DNA from: an uncultured bacterium
GTDB lineage: Bacteria; Krumholzibacteriota; Krumholzibacteriia; Krumholzibacteriales; Krumholzibacteriaceae
Length of the DNA stretch: 64,000 nucleotides
Direction of reading: 5' to 3'
Assembly: GCA_963786935.1 (NCBI GenBank)
Contig: CAWBAN010000002.1
Location: 128,001 to 192,000 of the forward strand
Part shown: positions 29,828 to 39,418 of the stretch, piece after piece
Position numbering within the stretch: the first letter of the stretch is position 1
Layout: each line of letters starts with the position of its first letter
Made by a program: the position numbers and the translations under genes
The notes under the pieces: model-generated
What the model was told of the DNA's origin: nothing
The model's database searches: none
The model's input: only the letters and a program-made list of their open reading frames with translations

Positions 29828-30853
29828 ATGGAAATCATCGAAGTGCAATTCAAGGCGCAGCGCAAGGAGTTCTACCGGAACGCGAAGGCCCTCTACCTCC
29901 GGACGGGCAACTACTGCGTCGTCCAGGCGGACCGCGGCGAGGACATGGGGCAGATCATTTCGCTCACCCGGGCCGAGGGGAGCGACGTCGAAGCCGATAT
30001 GAAGGAGGTACTCCGCCACGCGACCGACAAGGATATCGAGCACCTGAACGAGATCAGGGCCAAGGAATCCGAAGCGCTCAAGATATGCCAGCAGAAGGTC
30101 GCCGAGCACAAGCTCCCGATGAAGCTCGTCGACGTCGAGTACCAGTTCGACGGAAACAAGATCACCTTCTATTTCACCTCGGAGGGGCGGATCGATTTCC
30201 GCGAGCTCGTGAAGGACCTCGCCGGCATCTTCCGCACGCGGATCGATCTCAGGCAGATCGGCGTGCGCGACGAGGCGCGCCGCTTCGACGGGATGGGGAT
30301 GTGCGGGCGGCGCCTCTGCTGCGCGACGTTCCTCAAGGACTTCGAGCCGGTGACCCTCAAGATGGCGAAGGATCAGAATCTGCCGCTCACCCCGTCCAAG
30401 ATCTCCGGGGCGTGCGGGCGCCTCATGTGCTGCCTCGATTACGAGCTCGATTATTACAAGGATCTCACGAAGGACATCCCGAAGATCGGGAGCAAGATCA
30501 GGGTCTTCGGCGGCGAGCACCGCATCGAGAAGGTGGACATCTTCAACCGGACCGTCATCCTGAGCGACGCGGAGAAAAATCAGGTGGAGGTCAAGCTCGA
30601 GGTGCTGCAGGAGGAGCTGCGCAAGGAGCCGTCCGCCGTGAAAAGCGACAAGGACGAAGCGGGGGACAAGCCGGACGCGCAGGGAAAGGGCGAGCCGCCC
30701 GGCAAGGGGGAGGCCGGCGCGAAGGGCGATCGAATGGATCAGCACGGAAGAGTCGAACGCGGGGACCAGCGCTGGAGGGGCGGACGGAACGGCCGGAACA
30801 GCGGGGGCGGCAGGAACGATCGGGGCGGCAAGGACCGCCCGCAGGGCCGGTAA
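29828..30853 (+). CDS. ricT: PSP1 domain protein (RicT/YaaT family) with a G/R-rich tail
   Basis: Motifs RIDFRELVKDLA, RQIGVRDEA, CGRRLCC and KISGACGRLMCCL. Confidence 0.92.
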   Translation: MEIIEVQFKAQRKEFYRNAKALYLRTGNYCVVQADRGEDMGQIISLTRAEGSDVEADMKEVLRHATDKDIEHLNEIRAKESEALKICQQKVAEHKLPMKLVDVEYQFDGNKITFYFTSEGRIDFRELVKDLAGIFRTRIDLRQIGVRDEARRFDGMGMCGRRLCCATFLKDFEPVTLKMAKDQNLPLTPSKISGACGRLMCCLDYELDYYKDLTKDIPKIGSKIRVFGGEHRIEKVDIFNRTVILSDAEKNQVEVKLEVLQEELRKEPSAVKSDKDEAGDKPDAQGKGEPPGKGEAGAKGDRMDQHGRVERGDQRWRGGRNGRNSGGGRNDRGGKDRPQGR

Positions 30854-32392
30854 ATGGATACGAAACGATTTTACATAACGACGGCGATCGACTACGTGAA
30901 CCAGAAGCCGCATCTCGGCACCGCGTACGAGAAGATCGGGGCCGACTGCATGGCGCGCTACAAGCGCCTCGCGGGATTCGACGTCCATTTCCTCATGGGA
31001 AACGACGAGCACAGCACGAACGTCGAGCGCGAGGCGCGCGCCCGCGGGCTCGATCCCTTCGACTACTGCCGTTCGATGTCGGGGGAGTTCCAGAGCGTCT
31101 GGAAGGCGCTCGACATCTCGTACGACGACTTCATCCACACGACGGAGGAGCGGCACATCCGCTCCGTGCGGACGCTCTTCGAGCGGATCCACGCGAACGG
31201 ATACATATATAAAGGAAAGTACGAGGGATTCTACTGCGAGTCGTGCGAGGAGTTCATCGTCGAGAAGGATCTCGTCGACGGGCTCTGCCCGCGCCACAAG
31301 CTCCCGCCGAAGACGATCAGCGAGGACAACTACTTCTTCGCGCTCTCGAAGTTCCAGCAGCCGCTCCTCGAGTTCTTCGAAAAGAACCCCGAGTTCGTGC
31401 GGCCGCAGATCCGCTTCAACGAGGTCATCAACGTCATCAAGGGCGGGCTCGAGGATATCTCGATCTCGCGCTCCGGCAAGGCGTGGGGGATTCCGCTCCC
31501 GATCGACGAAACGCACGTCATCTACGTCTGGTTCGACGCGCTCACGAACTACATCTCGGCGCTCGGGTACGGCGGGGCGGACACGGCGGCGTTCGACCGC
31601 TGGTGGCCCGCCGACGTGCACGTGATCGGCAAGGACATCACGCGCTTCCACTGCATCATCTGGCCGGCGATGCTCATGGCGGGAGGCGTGGCCCCGCCGC
31701 GCTCCGTCTTCGCGCACGGATTCATCTCGCTCGCCGGCGAGAAGATGTCGAAGACGCGCGGCAACATCATCGACCCGATGCGGATGGCCGAGGCGTTCGG
31801 TTCGGACGCGCTGCGCTACCTCCTGCTCCGCGAGGTGCCCTTCGACCGCGACGGCGACATCACCGCGGAGGTCTTTCTCAACCGCTACAACGCGGACCTC
31901 GCGAACGACATCGGCAACCTGTTCAGCCGCACCGTCACGATGGTCTCGAAGTACCTCGGCGGCGCGGTCGAGCCGAAGCCGCTCGGGACGGGGCACGAGC
32001 TCTACGGCGAGCTCGTCCGCGCGCTCGAAGCCTATCGCGGCCATATGGACCGCATGGAGTTTTCCCGCGCGCTCGGCGCCTACTGGTCGGTCATCCAGCG
32101 CGCGAACCGGTTCATCGAGGAGAAGCGCCCGTGGGACCTCGCCAAGGACCCGGCGAAGTACCACGAGCTCGAGGAGATGTTCCGCGAGCTTCTCGCCGTG
32201 CTCAGGGCCTCGGGCGTCGTGCTCCTGCCGTTCATGCCCCGCAAGATGGCGGAGATGCTCGCCCAGCTCGGGGCGGCGAAGCTCACGATGTGCGATCTGC
32301 CGGAGAAGGCGGCCGGCGCGAGCTCCCTCGCGCAGCCGGTGCCGCTTTTCCCGCGCATCAAGGTGGACAGCGCCGATCTCCTGAAGGGTTGA
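30854..32392 (+). CDS. metG: Methionine--tRNA ligase (short form)
   Basis: Motifs FYITTAIDYVN..PHLGTAY, YVWFDAL, GKDITRFH and KMSKT. Confidence 0.97.
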   Translation: MDTKRFYITTAIDYVNQKPHLGTAYEKIGADCMARYKRLAGFDVHFLMGNDEHSTNVEREARARGLDPFDYCRSMSGEFQSVWKALDISYDDFIHTTEERHIRSVRTLFERIHANGYIYKGKYEGFYCESCEEFIVEKDLVDGLCPRHKLPPKTISEDNYFFALSKFQQPLLEFFEKNPEFVRPQIRFNEVINVIKGGLEDISISRSGKAWGIPLPIDETHVIYVWFDALTNYISALGYGGADTAAFDRWWPADVHVIGKDITRFHCIIWPAMLMAGGVAPPRSVFAHGFISLAGEKMSKTRGNIIDPMRMAEAFGSDALRYLLLREVPFDRDGDITAEVFLNRYNADLANDIGNLFSRTVTMVSKYLGGAVEPKPLGTGHELYGELVRALEAYRGHMDRMEFSRALGAYWSVIQRANRFIEEKRPWDLAKDPAKYHELEEMFRELLAVLRASGVVLLPFMPRKMAEMLAQLGAAKLTMCDLPEKAAGASSLAQPVPLFPRIKVDSADLLKG

Positions 32393-32399
32393 TTCGCGC

Positions 32400-33776
32400 A
32401 TGCTCGTCGACTCCCACGTCCATCTCGACATGCAGCAGTTCCGGAACGACCTCGAAGACGTCGTCGAGCGCGCCCGCGCCGCCGGCGTGCGCGAGATGCT
32501 GCAGGTCTGCTACGACGCGCGATCGGTCGACGCGACGATCGCGCTGACCCGGCGCTTCGAGGACGTGTTCGGCGCGCTCGGCATCCATCCGCACGACGCG
32601 AAGGAATGGAACGAATCGCTCGAGCAGAAGATCCGGGAGGGGCTCTTCCGCGACAAGATCGTCGCCGTCGGCGAGATAGGGCTCGACTACTACCGCGACC
32701 TCTCGCCGCGGGAGCGGCAGCGCGAGGTCTTCCGGCGGCAGATCGGGATCGCGCTCGAGCACAAGAAGCCGATCGTCGTGCACTCCCGCGAGGCGTTCGA
32801 CGACACGATCGACATCCTCCGCGAGGAGGGGGCCTCGGCGGTCGGGGGCATCTTCCACGCCTTCCCCGGCGGGATCGAGGAGGCCCGCGAGGCGATCCGC
32901 CTCGGCTTCCTCATCGGCATCGGCGGGCCGCTCACGTACAAGAGCTCGCGGCTTCCCGCCGTCGCGAAGGTGCTTCCCTCGTCGGCGTTCGTCCTCGAGA
33001 CGGACTGCCCCTATCTTCCCCCCGAGCCGCACCGGGGCACGCGCAACGAGCCGTTCCGCGTGACGCTCGTCCGCGACCGGCTCGCCATGATCCGGGGCGT
33101 CGAGCCCGAGGACATCGAGCGCGCCTCCGGGGTCAGCTATCAGCGGCTCATTCATAAGAAGAAGAACGTCCCCGGCGCCGTCGCGTACTCCTTCAAGAGA
33201 AACATATATATCAACGTCACGCGCGCCTGCACGAACGACTGCGTCTTCTGCCTCCGGAACCGCCGCGACAACTTCCTCTACGGCTACAACCTCAACCTCG
33301 CCGCCGATCCGACGGCGGCGCAGATGGCCGAGTCCGCGTCCGCCCTCGCGCGGGAGAAGAAGCACGCGGAGATCGTCTTCTGCGGCTACGGCGAGCCGAC
33401 GTGCCGGCTCGAGGAGGTGCTCGCGGCGGCGCGCGCGTTGAAATCCCTCGGGCTGCCGCTGCGGCTCGACACGAACGGCCACGGGAACACGATCAACCGG
33501 CACGACGTCGTGCCGGAGCTCGCCGAGATCTTCAGCGGCGTCTCGGTCAGCCTCAACGCCCACGACCGCGCCTCGTACGTGAAGCTCTGCCGCCCGGACG
33601 CGGGAGAGAAGGCGTTCGACGCCGTGATCGATTTCATCAAGCGCGCCGCGGCCTCTCCGATGGCGTGCGCCGTGACCGTGCTCGATTATCCGGGCGTGGA
33701 CGTCGAGGCGTGCCGCCGGCTCGTCGCGACGATTCCGCGCGCGAAGTTCCGCGTGAGGACGTATTACATGGAGTGA
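32400..33776 (+). CDS. tatD: TatD family nuclease fused to a TatD-associated radical SAM domain
   Basis: TatD motifs DSHVH, GIHPH, GEIGLDY and ETDCPYL, followed by YINVTRACTNDCVFC (CxxxCxxC), FCGYGEP and DTNG. Confidence 0.92.
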   Translation: MLVDSHVHLDMQQFRNDLEDVVERARAAGVREMLQVCYDARSVDATIALTRRFEDVFGALGIHPHDAKEWNESLEQKIREGLFRDKIVAVGEIGLDYYRDLSPRERQREVFRRQIGIALEHKKPIVVHSREAFDDTIDILREEGASAVGGIFHAFPGGIEEAREAIRLGFLIGIGGPLTYKSSRLPAVAKVLPSSAFVLETDCPYLPPEPHRGTRNEPFRVTLVRDRLAMIRGVEPEDIERASGVSYQRLIHKKKNVPGAVAYSFKRNIYINVTRACTNDCVFCLRNRRDNFLYGYNLNLAADPTAAQMAESASALAREKKHAEIVFCGYGEPTCRLEEVLAAARALKSLGLPLRLDTNGHGNTINRHDVVPELAEIFSGVSVSLNAHDRASYVKLCRPDAGEKAFDAVIDFIKRAAASPMACAVTVLDYPGVDVEACRRLVATIPRAKFRVRTYYME

Positions 33777-33780
33777 CGCA

Positions 33781-34593
33781 GTGCTTCCAGCCAAGAAAGG
33801 GCTCGGGCAGAATTTTCTCACGGCGGAGCCGGTGGCCCGGAGGATCGCGCAGTCGATTTCCCCGGGTCCCGGCGATCTCGTCTTCGAGATCGGCCCCGGG
33901 CGGGGCGCCCTCACGACGCCGCTCGCGGAGAGCGGGGCCGCGGTCGTCGCCTTCGAGATCGACGGCGCGCTCGTCGATCTCCTCCGCGAGAAGTTCGCCG
34001 CGTCTCCCCACGTCGAGATCCTCCATGCCGACATCCGCGACATCGACTTCGACGAGGAGGCCCGCCGGCGCGGCGCGGCGACGTACAAGCTCGCCGGCAA
34101 CATTCCCTACAACCTCACCGCGCCGATTCTCGTCGATCTCGCCCGCTGGCGGATGATGAGCGCGGCGGTGGTCATGATGCAGCGGGAGGTCGGCGACCGG
34201 ATCCTGACCGAGCCGGGGGAACGCAACTGCGGTATTTTGTCGATTTTTCTCCGGACTTATTTTATAATGAAGAAGGTGCTCAGGGTCCGTCCCGGCTCCT
34301 TCATGCCGCCCCCCAAGGTCGAGAGCGTCGTGCTCGGATTCGCGCCGCACGCGCCGGGGAGAGGACCCGAAGACAGGGGGGCGTTTCTCCAGTTCCTGAA
34401 AGGGTGCTTCGCCCATCGAAGGAAAAAGCTCCGCAACGTCCTGGGAGAATTGCTAGAGTTAGAAACTGCTAAGGATTTGGACAGGCTGAGCAGGCTTTCG
34501 GGCGTCGATTTTGCTAGTCGTCCTGAAGAGCTTCCGCTCGAAAGCTGGTTCAACCTCTTCGCGGCGTCCCGGGACGTGAAAGGGCTTCGATGA
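33781..34593 (+). CDS. rsmA: 16S rRNA adenine dimethyltransferase
   Basis: Motifs KGLGQNFL, EIGPGRGALT, GNIPYNL and FMPPPKVES. Confidence 0.96.
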   Translation: MLPAKKGLGQNFLTAEPVARRIAQSISPGPGDLVFEIGPGRGALTTPLAESGAAVVAFEIDGALVDLLREKFAASPHVEILHADIRDIDFDEEARRRGAATYKLAGNIPYNLTAPILVDLARWRMMSAAVVMMQREVGDRILTEPGERNCGILSIFLRTYFIMKKVLRVRPGSFMPPPKVESVVLGFAPHAPGRGPEDRGAFLQFLKGCFAHRRKKLRNVLGELLELETAKDLDRLSRLSGVDFASRPEELPLESWFNLFAASRDVKGLR

Positions 34594-36650
34594 GCATCCG
34601 CACCCGCATCGCGTGCGAATTCATAGGCTTAACCGTCGCGCTCCTCTGCGTATGGGGCGCCGCGGCGCCCACCCGATCGCAGACCTCGCAGAAGCCGAAT
34701 CTCTCCGATTTCGCCCGCCGCGCCCAGCTGCAGGACTCGCTCCGGGCCGCCGGGGATTCGCTCCGGGCCGATTCGCTGGCGGCCGCGGATTCTCTCGCCG
34801 CCGATTCTCTGGCCGCGGATTCCCTGCCGCCCGACACGATCGACCGGTTCGTCCCCGTCAGCAAGTCCACGGTCTCGAGCAACGATGTTTACGTCGCGCT
34901 GGGCACCGGGCTCAATGTCGGCTTCGAACCCGGCGGAGGGTGGAGGCTCATGGGCGACGTCAACATCGAGCATAAACGATACCGCCAGCTCGATATGGAA
35001 GATGTCACCGAGAGGGCCATCGGAAAGGCGGACAAGATTCGCCCCGGCCTGTACCGGGTCGGGCTGCAGGCCGGCGATAACTACAGCAAGAAGACGACGC
35101 TCGGGATCGGCAGGTTCGGGCAGGACATCGTATTCACCGATACGGGCGCGACGCTCGATTTCGCCCTCATGAAACGGCTTCTCGGGGCTACACAATCTGA
35201 CCTCACCTTCAAGGGGGGCGCAAACAAGGGAACACACGATTTCAAGTATGATCGCACGATGATGGGGAGCGCGAGCGGAACGCTCACCTACGTTTTCGGC
35301 GGTCTCATGACGGTCACGGGAGGCGGGGGCCTGAGCGAGAAGCGGGAGCGGAGCTATATTGGCCCGGTCCGCTTCGGCCCGATGGCGAGCAACGCCGATT
35401 CGCTGCGTGCGGCGGTGAGCTACGGCAAGGGCTCGACGAAAACGGTCGACGTGTCCTACTCCTGGCTCAAGGGCGTGAACCGCCGGGTGATGCCCCCCCT
35501 CGGCAACGCGTACGAGATTCTCGACAAGCCGTGGCTCGCCAAGCAGGAGGAGGCGCGGAGCCGGGGCGAGCAGCTCACCGTGAACACGAACGTCACTCCC
35601 ATCTCGTATCTCAACGTCGCGATCAACTTCAGGCATCTGAACGCAACGGAGAATTATCTGGTGGACACGCGGCTCTCGATGGAAAGCGAGGATAACTCGA
35701 TCGGCGCCGACGCCTCCTATTCCTACGCCGCCGGGGGGAGGATGCGTTTCGGCGTTTCCGCGAAGAACAAGCTGGCGGATTACGGGCCGGTCTCCCTCTC
35801 GAGCTTCAGGGAGCGGGAGCGAGTCCTGAGCGCCGGGATCACGCAGAAGATCGGCGATTCCATCACGGTCGATCTCAGCGGCTCGGGATCTCTCAATCAG
35901 CGCTTCTTCCTGAAGCAGGACGTCAATCCCCGCGACGCGGACATCCTCATGTATCGCGGGGATATGACCCTGCGGGCGCCGTATCGAACGTTCAGTATCG
36001 ACGTGGATTTTCTCATCGACCGCTTCGAGACGATCAACATCGACAAAACGTACTCGGGGGACAACCGGGTCGACTACAAATATCAGCTCGGGCCCACGCT
36101 CAGGCTCAACCCCGCGCGCTGGCTTACCCTCTCCCAGGATTACATCGTCAAAATCGAGTTCACCGATTTCGTCTTCAAGGAGGACGAGAACTATCTGAAC
36201 AGAACCACGACCTGCAATACGCGCGCGTACTTCGATCCGAGCCGGCGGTTCGGCTTCGATTTCATATACAGCTTTCTGGGGAAAGACACCGGAAGCTATC
36301 TGATGCGCGGGGAGAGCCGGAAATACAGCCCGAGCAACGAGAGTATCGAGCACTCTTTGAGAATGGCGACACGGTACGAGGTGGTCCGGGATCTCCTCGT
36401 CAAAGGCCAGACGAATTTCAGGTTCCAGGAGAGCAACGCCTTCGCGTCCCGAGACGGCCAGAAAGTCATCTCGTCGACGACGACGTACCAGTCGGGGGGC
36501 ATGAGCGTCGGCTTCGAGAGAAGGGTGAGCTTCGGGGAGCGCGGCGGTTTGGCTCTCGATCTCGCGTACGTGCGGAATTACGGGCCCTACATCACGCCCG
36601 AGCGCAAGGAATACTGGGAAGGGGACGCGGAGCTCACGCTCAAGTTCTAG
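34590..36650 (+). CDS. Putative outer-membrane beta-barrel protein
   Basis: Signal peptide, ADSL-repeat linker, alternating aromatic/hydrophobic strands and a terminal ELTLKF beta-signal-like end. Confidence 0.7.
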   Translation: MSIRTRIACEFIGLTVALLCVWGAAAPTRSQTSQKPNLSDFARRAQLQDSLRAAGDSLRADSLAAADSLAADSLAADSLPPDTIDRFVPVSKSTVSSNDVYVALGTGLNVGFEPGGGWRLMGDVNIEHKRYRQLDMEDVTERAIGKADKIRPGLYRVGLQAGDNYSKKTTLGIGRFGQDIVFTDTGATLDFALMKRLLGATQSDLTFKGGANKGTHDFKYDRTMMGSASGTLTYVFGGLMTVTGGGGLSEKRERSYIGPVRFGPMASNADSLRAAVSYGKGSTKTVDVSYSWLKGVNRRVMPPLGNAYEILDKPWLAKQEEARSRGEQLTVNTNVTPISYLNVAINFRHLNATENYLVDTRLSMESEDNSIGADASYSYAAGGRMRFGVSAKNKLADYGPVSLSSFRERERVLSAGITQKIGDSITVDLSGSGSLNQRFFLKQDVNPRDADILMYRGDMTLRAPYRTFSIDVDFLIDRFETINIDKTYSGDNRVDYKYQLGPTLRLNPARWLTLSQDYIVKIEFTDFVFKEDENYLNRTTTCNTRAYFDPSRRFGFDFIYSFLGKDTGSYLMRGESRKYSPSNESIEHSLRMATRYEVVRDLLVKGQTNFRFQESNAFASRDGQKVISSTTTYQSGGMSVGFERRVSFGERGGLALDLAYVRNYGPYITPERKEYWEGDAELTLKF

Positions 36651-36654
36651 GAGG

Positions 36655-37251
36655 ATGAACGACATGAGGAAATTTCTGATTGCGGGGCTCCTGATCGCCG
36701 CGACGATCGCGCCCGCGGGATGCGACATCTTCGAGCCGCGCACCGCCGATCAGCCGGGGGAGGGGACAAACGAGTATCCGTGGATCGTGCCCAACAGGCC
36801 CAAGGACGTGTTCGTCAATCTCGCGAGCGGGCTCGCCTCGCCGCTCAACTCGAACTACGAGCGGAGCCTCGACGGATCGTTCACCTTCATCCCCTCGGCC
36901 GACGCCGAGGCCGTGTATCCGGGCGTCTTCGCCGATTGGACGAAGGAGATCGAGCTCGACGTGCTCACGAGGATCAAGACGCTCTACCTCGGGGTACGGA
37001 CGGTGCAGTTCGGTGACGCGAACCTGAACTTCACCGTCGAGAACGAACAGGTAGGCTTCGCGACCTACGAGGGCCCGTATTCTATAACGCTCAACGTCGG
37101 CGACGGCTCGCCGGCCGCATTCTACGCCGGCATCGCGCGCTTCACCATCGTGCAGGGGACGCAGGGGTGGGTGATGACGATTTGGGAGGACATCCAGCCG
37201 GTCGGGGCGAATCAGACCTCGGGTTTCCTTCGAGGTCCGTTAAAGCAATAG
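36655..37251 (+). CDS. Lipoprotein, distant member of the downstream lipoprotein family
   Basis: Lipobox PAGC. Pattern PKDVFVNL...NYERSLDGSFTF. Confidence 0.75.
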   Translation: MNDMRKFLIAGLLIAATIAPAGCDIFEPRTADQPGEGTNEYPWIVPNRPKDVFVNLASGLASPLNSNYERSLDGSFTFIPSADAEAVYPGVFADWTKEIELDVLTRIKTLYLGVRTVQFGDANLNFTVENEQVGFATYEGPYSITLNVGDGSPAAFYAGIARFTIVQGTQGWVMTIWEDIQPVGANQTSGFLRGPLKQ

Positions 37252-37308
37252 GGCGCAAGGCTTGCATATAGTGACCGAAAATCAGAGATATGGAGGATTA
37301 ATATGTCC

Positions 37309-37337
37309 TTGAAAAATTCACCCGAATATGCTAATAT
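37309..37337 (+). promoter_or_regulatory. Putative sigma70 promoter
   Basis: TTGAAA-N17-TAATAT with a TG extension. Confidence 0.5.
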
Positions 37338-37356
37338 TCCACAAGGAGGAAAACGT

Positions 37357-37938
37357 ATGCTTGGAAACAGGATGAAATTCGCGTTTCTGTCTCTCGCTGC
37401 ATTCGCGTTGATCGTTTTTTCGGGATGCATCCTCTCCCCGGACGAGGAAGCGCCCGACAAACCGCCGGTTATTACCTACAAGCCGCTCACGGAGAAGGAA
37501 AACCTCATATACAACCTTTTGCAGTGCTATAAGGATCGTAACATTACCGAATACGAGAAGCTTCTCCACGGCGATTTTCTCTGGTACAACCAAGCCGGCT
37601 CCGCAACCGAGTACAACTTGAGGACCGATGACGTCAGGATGACGCGAGGGCTGTTCGAAGCAGCCAAGAACACGTACCCCAATCAGGACCTCTGGATCGA
37701 CAGGCTCGATCTCTGGATAGCGAGCCCCGGAAACTGGACTCAGGTACCCGATATCGCGGGAACTCCCTGCGCGGACTGCTGGGAGACGACGAGAGACTAC
37801 CAAATCACGGCGGTCATGAACGGCGGGGACAAGACATTGGTGGGGAACGACCTCATCAAGCTATACGCCATCGGCATCGACGAAGGCGGCACGAAGATCT
37901 ATAAATTCCTTCGGATGGACGATATCCTGCAGAACTAG
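37357..37938 (+). CDS. Lipoprotein with CxxC, paralog 1 (possible NTF2/SnoaL-like fold)
   Basis: AGGAGG RBS. Lipobox FSGC. Motifs NLLQCYKDRNITEYEKLLHGDF and PCADCWET. Confidence 0.8.
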   Translation: MLGNRMKFAFLSLAAFALIVFSGCILSPDEEAPDKPPVITYKPLTEKENLIYNLLQCYKDRNITEYEKLLHGDFLWYNQAGSATEYNLRTDDVRMTRGLFEAAKNTYPNQDLWIDRLDLWIASPGNWTQVPDIAGTPCADCWETTRDYQITAVMNGGDKTLVGNDLIKLYAIGIDEGGTKIYKFLRMDDILQN

Positions 37939-37994
37939 CCATGAGCGCGCACAAGCCGCAAGGCTCGCGCGCTGTCTTGGTTTGCAAGCAATCG

Positions 37995-38024
37995 AGCCCC
38001 CTCCCCCGAGGGGGCTTTTCTTTT
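37995..38024 (+). terminator. Intrinsic terminator
   Basis: 9-bp stem AGCCCCCTC/GAGGGGGCT followed by TTTCTTTT. Confidence 0.75.
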
Positions 38025-38072
38025 GCCCCTGCCGGCATTATATTTAATCGTCGAGATGAGGGGGGGAACGTG

Positions 38073-38669
38073 ATGAAATCCGCGTTCGAATTGCGAACCG
38101 CGGCGCTCGAGCGCATAGTTCGAGGTGCCGCCCTCGCGGCTATCGTCTCCCTGCTGCTCGTTTCCGGCTGCTCCGACGATCCCGCGAAGCCGAAAATCGC
38201 GGCGCCGCGCTATCCCGAGACCACGTCGCCGGAGATCGTGGTCGATAACCTGCTCCTGAGCTACCAGGACCGCGACATCGAGCAGTTCGAGAAGCTGCTT
38301 CATCAGGACTATATATGGTATCACCAAGCGGGGATGGCGCCGGAGTTCTGTACGAGGATCGAGGACATAAACATGACGCTCAACATGTTTCTTGCCGCGG
38401 AGCATAAACATCCGAACAAAAACCTCTGGCTCGACCAGCTCAAGCTCGAGCTCGAGCCGCCGAGACCGTGGAATCCGGTCGTCGATATCGCCGGAGTCCC
38501 CTGCGCGGGCTGCTTCGAGACGAGTCGGATCTACCTCGTGACGGCCATGACGGCCGGCGGCGCGATTACCTATTTGCCCACCGATCTCATCCAGATCTTC
38601 GTAGCCCCGGTCGATGCGAACGGCACGACGGTCTACCGGATCATCCGCATGGACGACATTCACTGGTAG
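38073..38669 (+). CDS. Lipoprotein with CxxC, paralog 2
   Basis: Lipobox VSGC. Motifs NLLLSYQDRDIEQFEKLLHQDYIWY and PCAGCFET. Confidence 0.8.
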   Translation: MKSAFELRTAALERIVRGAALAAIVSLLLVSGCSDDPAKPKIAAPRYPETTSPEIVVDNLLLSYQDRDIEQFEKLLHQDYIWYHQAGMAPEFCTRIEDINMTLNMFLAAEHKHPNKNLWLDQLKLELEPPRPWNPVVDIAGVPCAGCFETSRIYLVTAMTAGGAITYLPTDLIQIFVAPVDANGTTVYRIIRMDDIHW

Positions 38670-38714
38670 TGGAGCGGCTCCTTATTGAACCGAACAATGC
38701 GCGGGCTTTCTTCC

Positions 38715-38743
38715 TTGATTGGACACTCCGTTAGGCATATAAT
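38715..38743 (+). promoter_or_regulatory. Putative sigma70 promoter
   Basis: TTGATT-N17-TATAAT. Confidence 0.6.
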
Positions 38744-38765
38744 CTGTCCAGCTTCTAGGGGCGGA

Positions 38766-39386
38766 ATGAACGTGAAACAATTTGGGATGCTCCGAATCGC
38801 ATTGCTGGCTCTTGCCGTTGCTGCGGCTGTTGTTATCAGCTGCTCCGATGATCCTGCGCGGCCGAAATTCACGCCGGCGCCCCGATATCCCGATGCGACC
38901 ACGCCCGACATCGTGATCAGCAATCTTCTCAAGAGCTACGAGGATCGCAACATCGAGCAATTCGCGAAGCTGCTCCACCCCGACTATATCTGGTACAACC
39001 AACTCGGGGTAACGCCTGAGTTCTACACGAGAAGCGAAGATTCCGTGATCACGGGCAGTATGTTCCTCGCGGCCTTGCATGCGCATCCGGATGAGGCGCT
39101 TTGGCTGGATAAGCTCGAGCTCTTGCTCGCGCAGGGATCCTGGGTGTCGATCGTCGATATCGCCGGAGTCCCCTGCGAAGGCTGCAAAGAGACGACGAGG
39201 GAATACGAGATTACGCTCGTGATGGCCGGCGGCGCAATGACACTGATAGCCGTTGACCTCGTGCAATTCATCGTAGCCCCGGTCGAAGTGAACGGCACGA
39301 CGGTCTACCGGATCCTGCGCTGCGATGACTTGCGCATGCAGCGAAGCGGCTCCATGGTGCCCGTGCCGATGCCCGGCCGTCCTTGA
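38766..39386 (+). CDS. Lipoprotein with CxxC, paralog 3
   Basis: Lipobox VISC. Motifs NLLKSYEDRNIEQFAKLLHPDYIWY and PCEGCKET. Confidence 0.8.
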   Translation: MNVKQFGMLRIALLALAVAAAVVISCSDDPARPKFTPAPRYPDATTPDIVISNLLKSYEDRNIEQFAKLLHPDYIWYNQLGVTPEFYTRSEDSVITGSMFLAALHAHPDEALWLDKLELLLAQGSWVSIVDIAGVPCEGCKETTREYEITLVMAGGAMTLIAVDLVQFIVAPVEVNGTTVYRILRCDDLRMQRSGSMVPVPMPGRP

Positions 39387-39412
39387 CTTCCCCCCGGCCC
39401 CGCGCCTATAGT
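39383..39412 (+). promoter_or_regulatory. Putative promoter, leaderless-type spacing
   Basis: TTGACT-N18-TATAGT, then 6 nt to GTG 39419. No SD. Confidence 0.55.
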
Positions 39413-39418
39413 ATCCCC

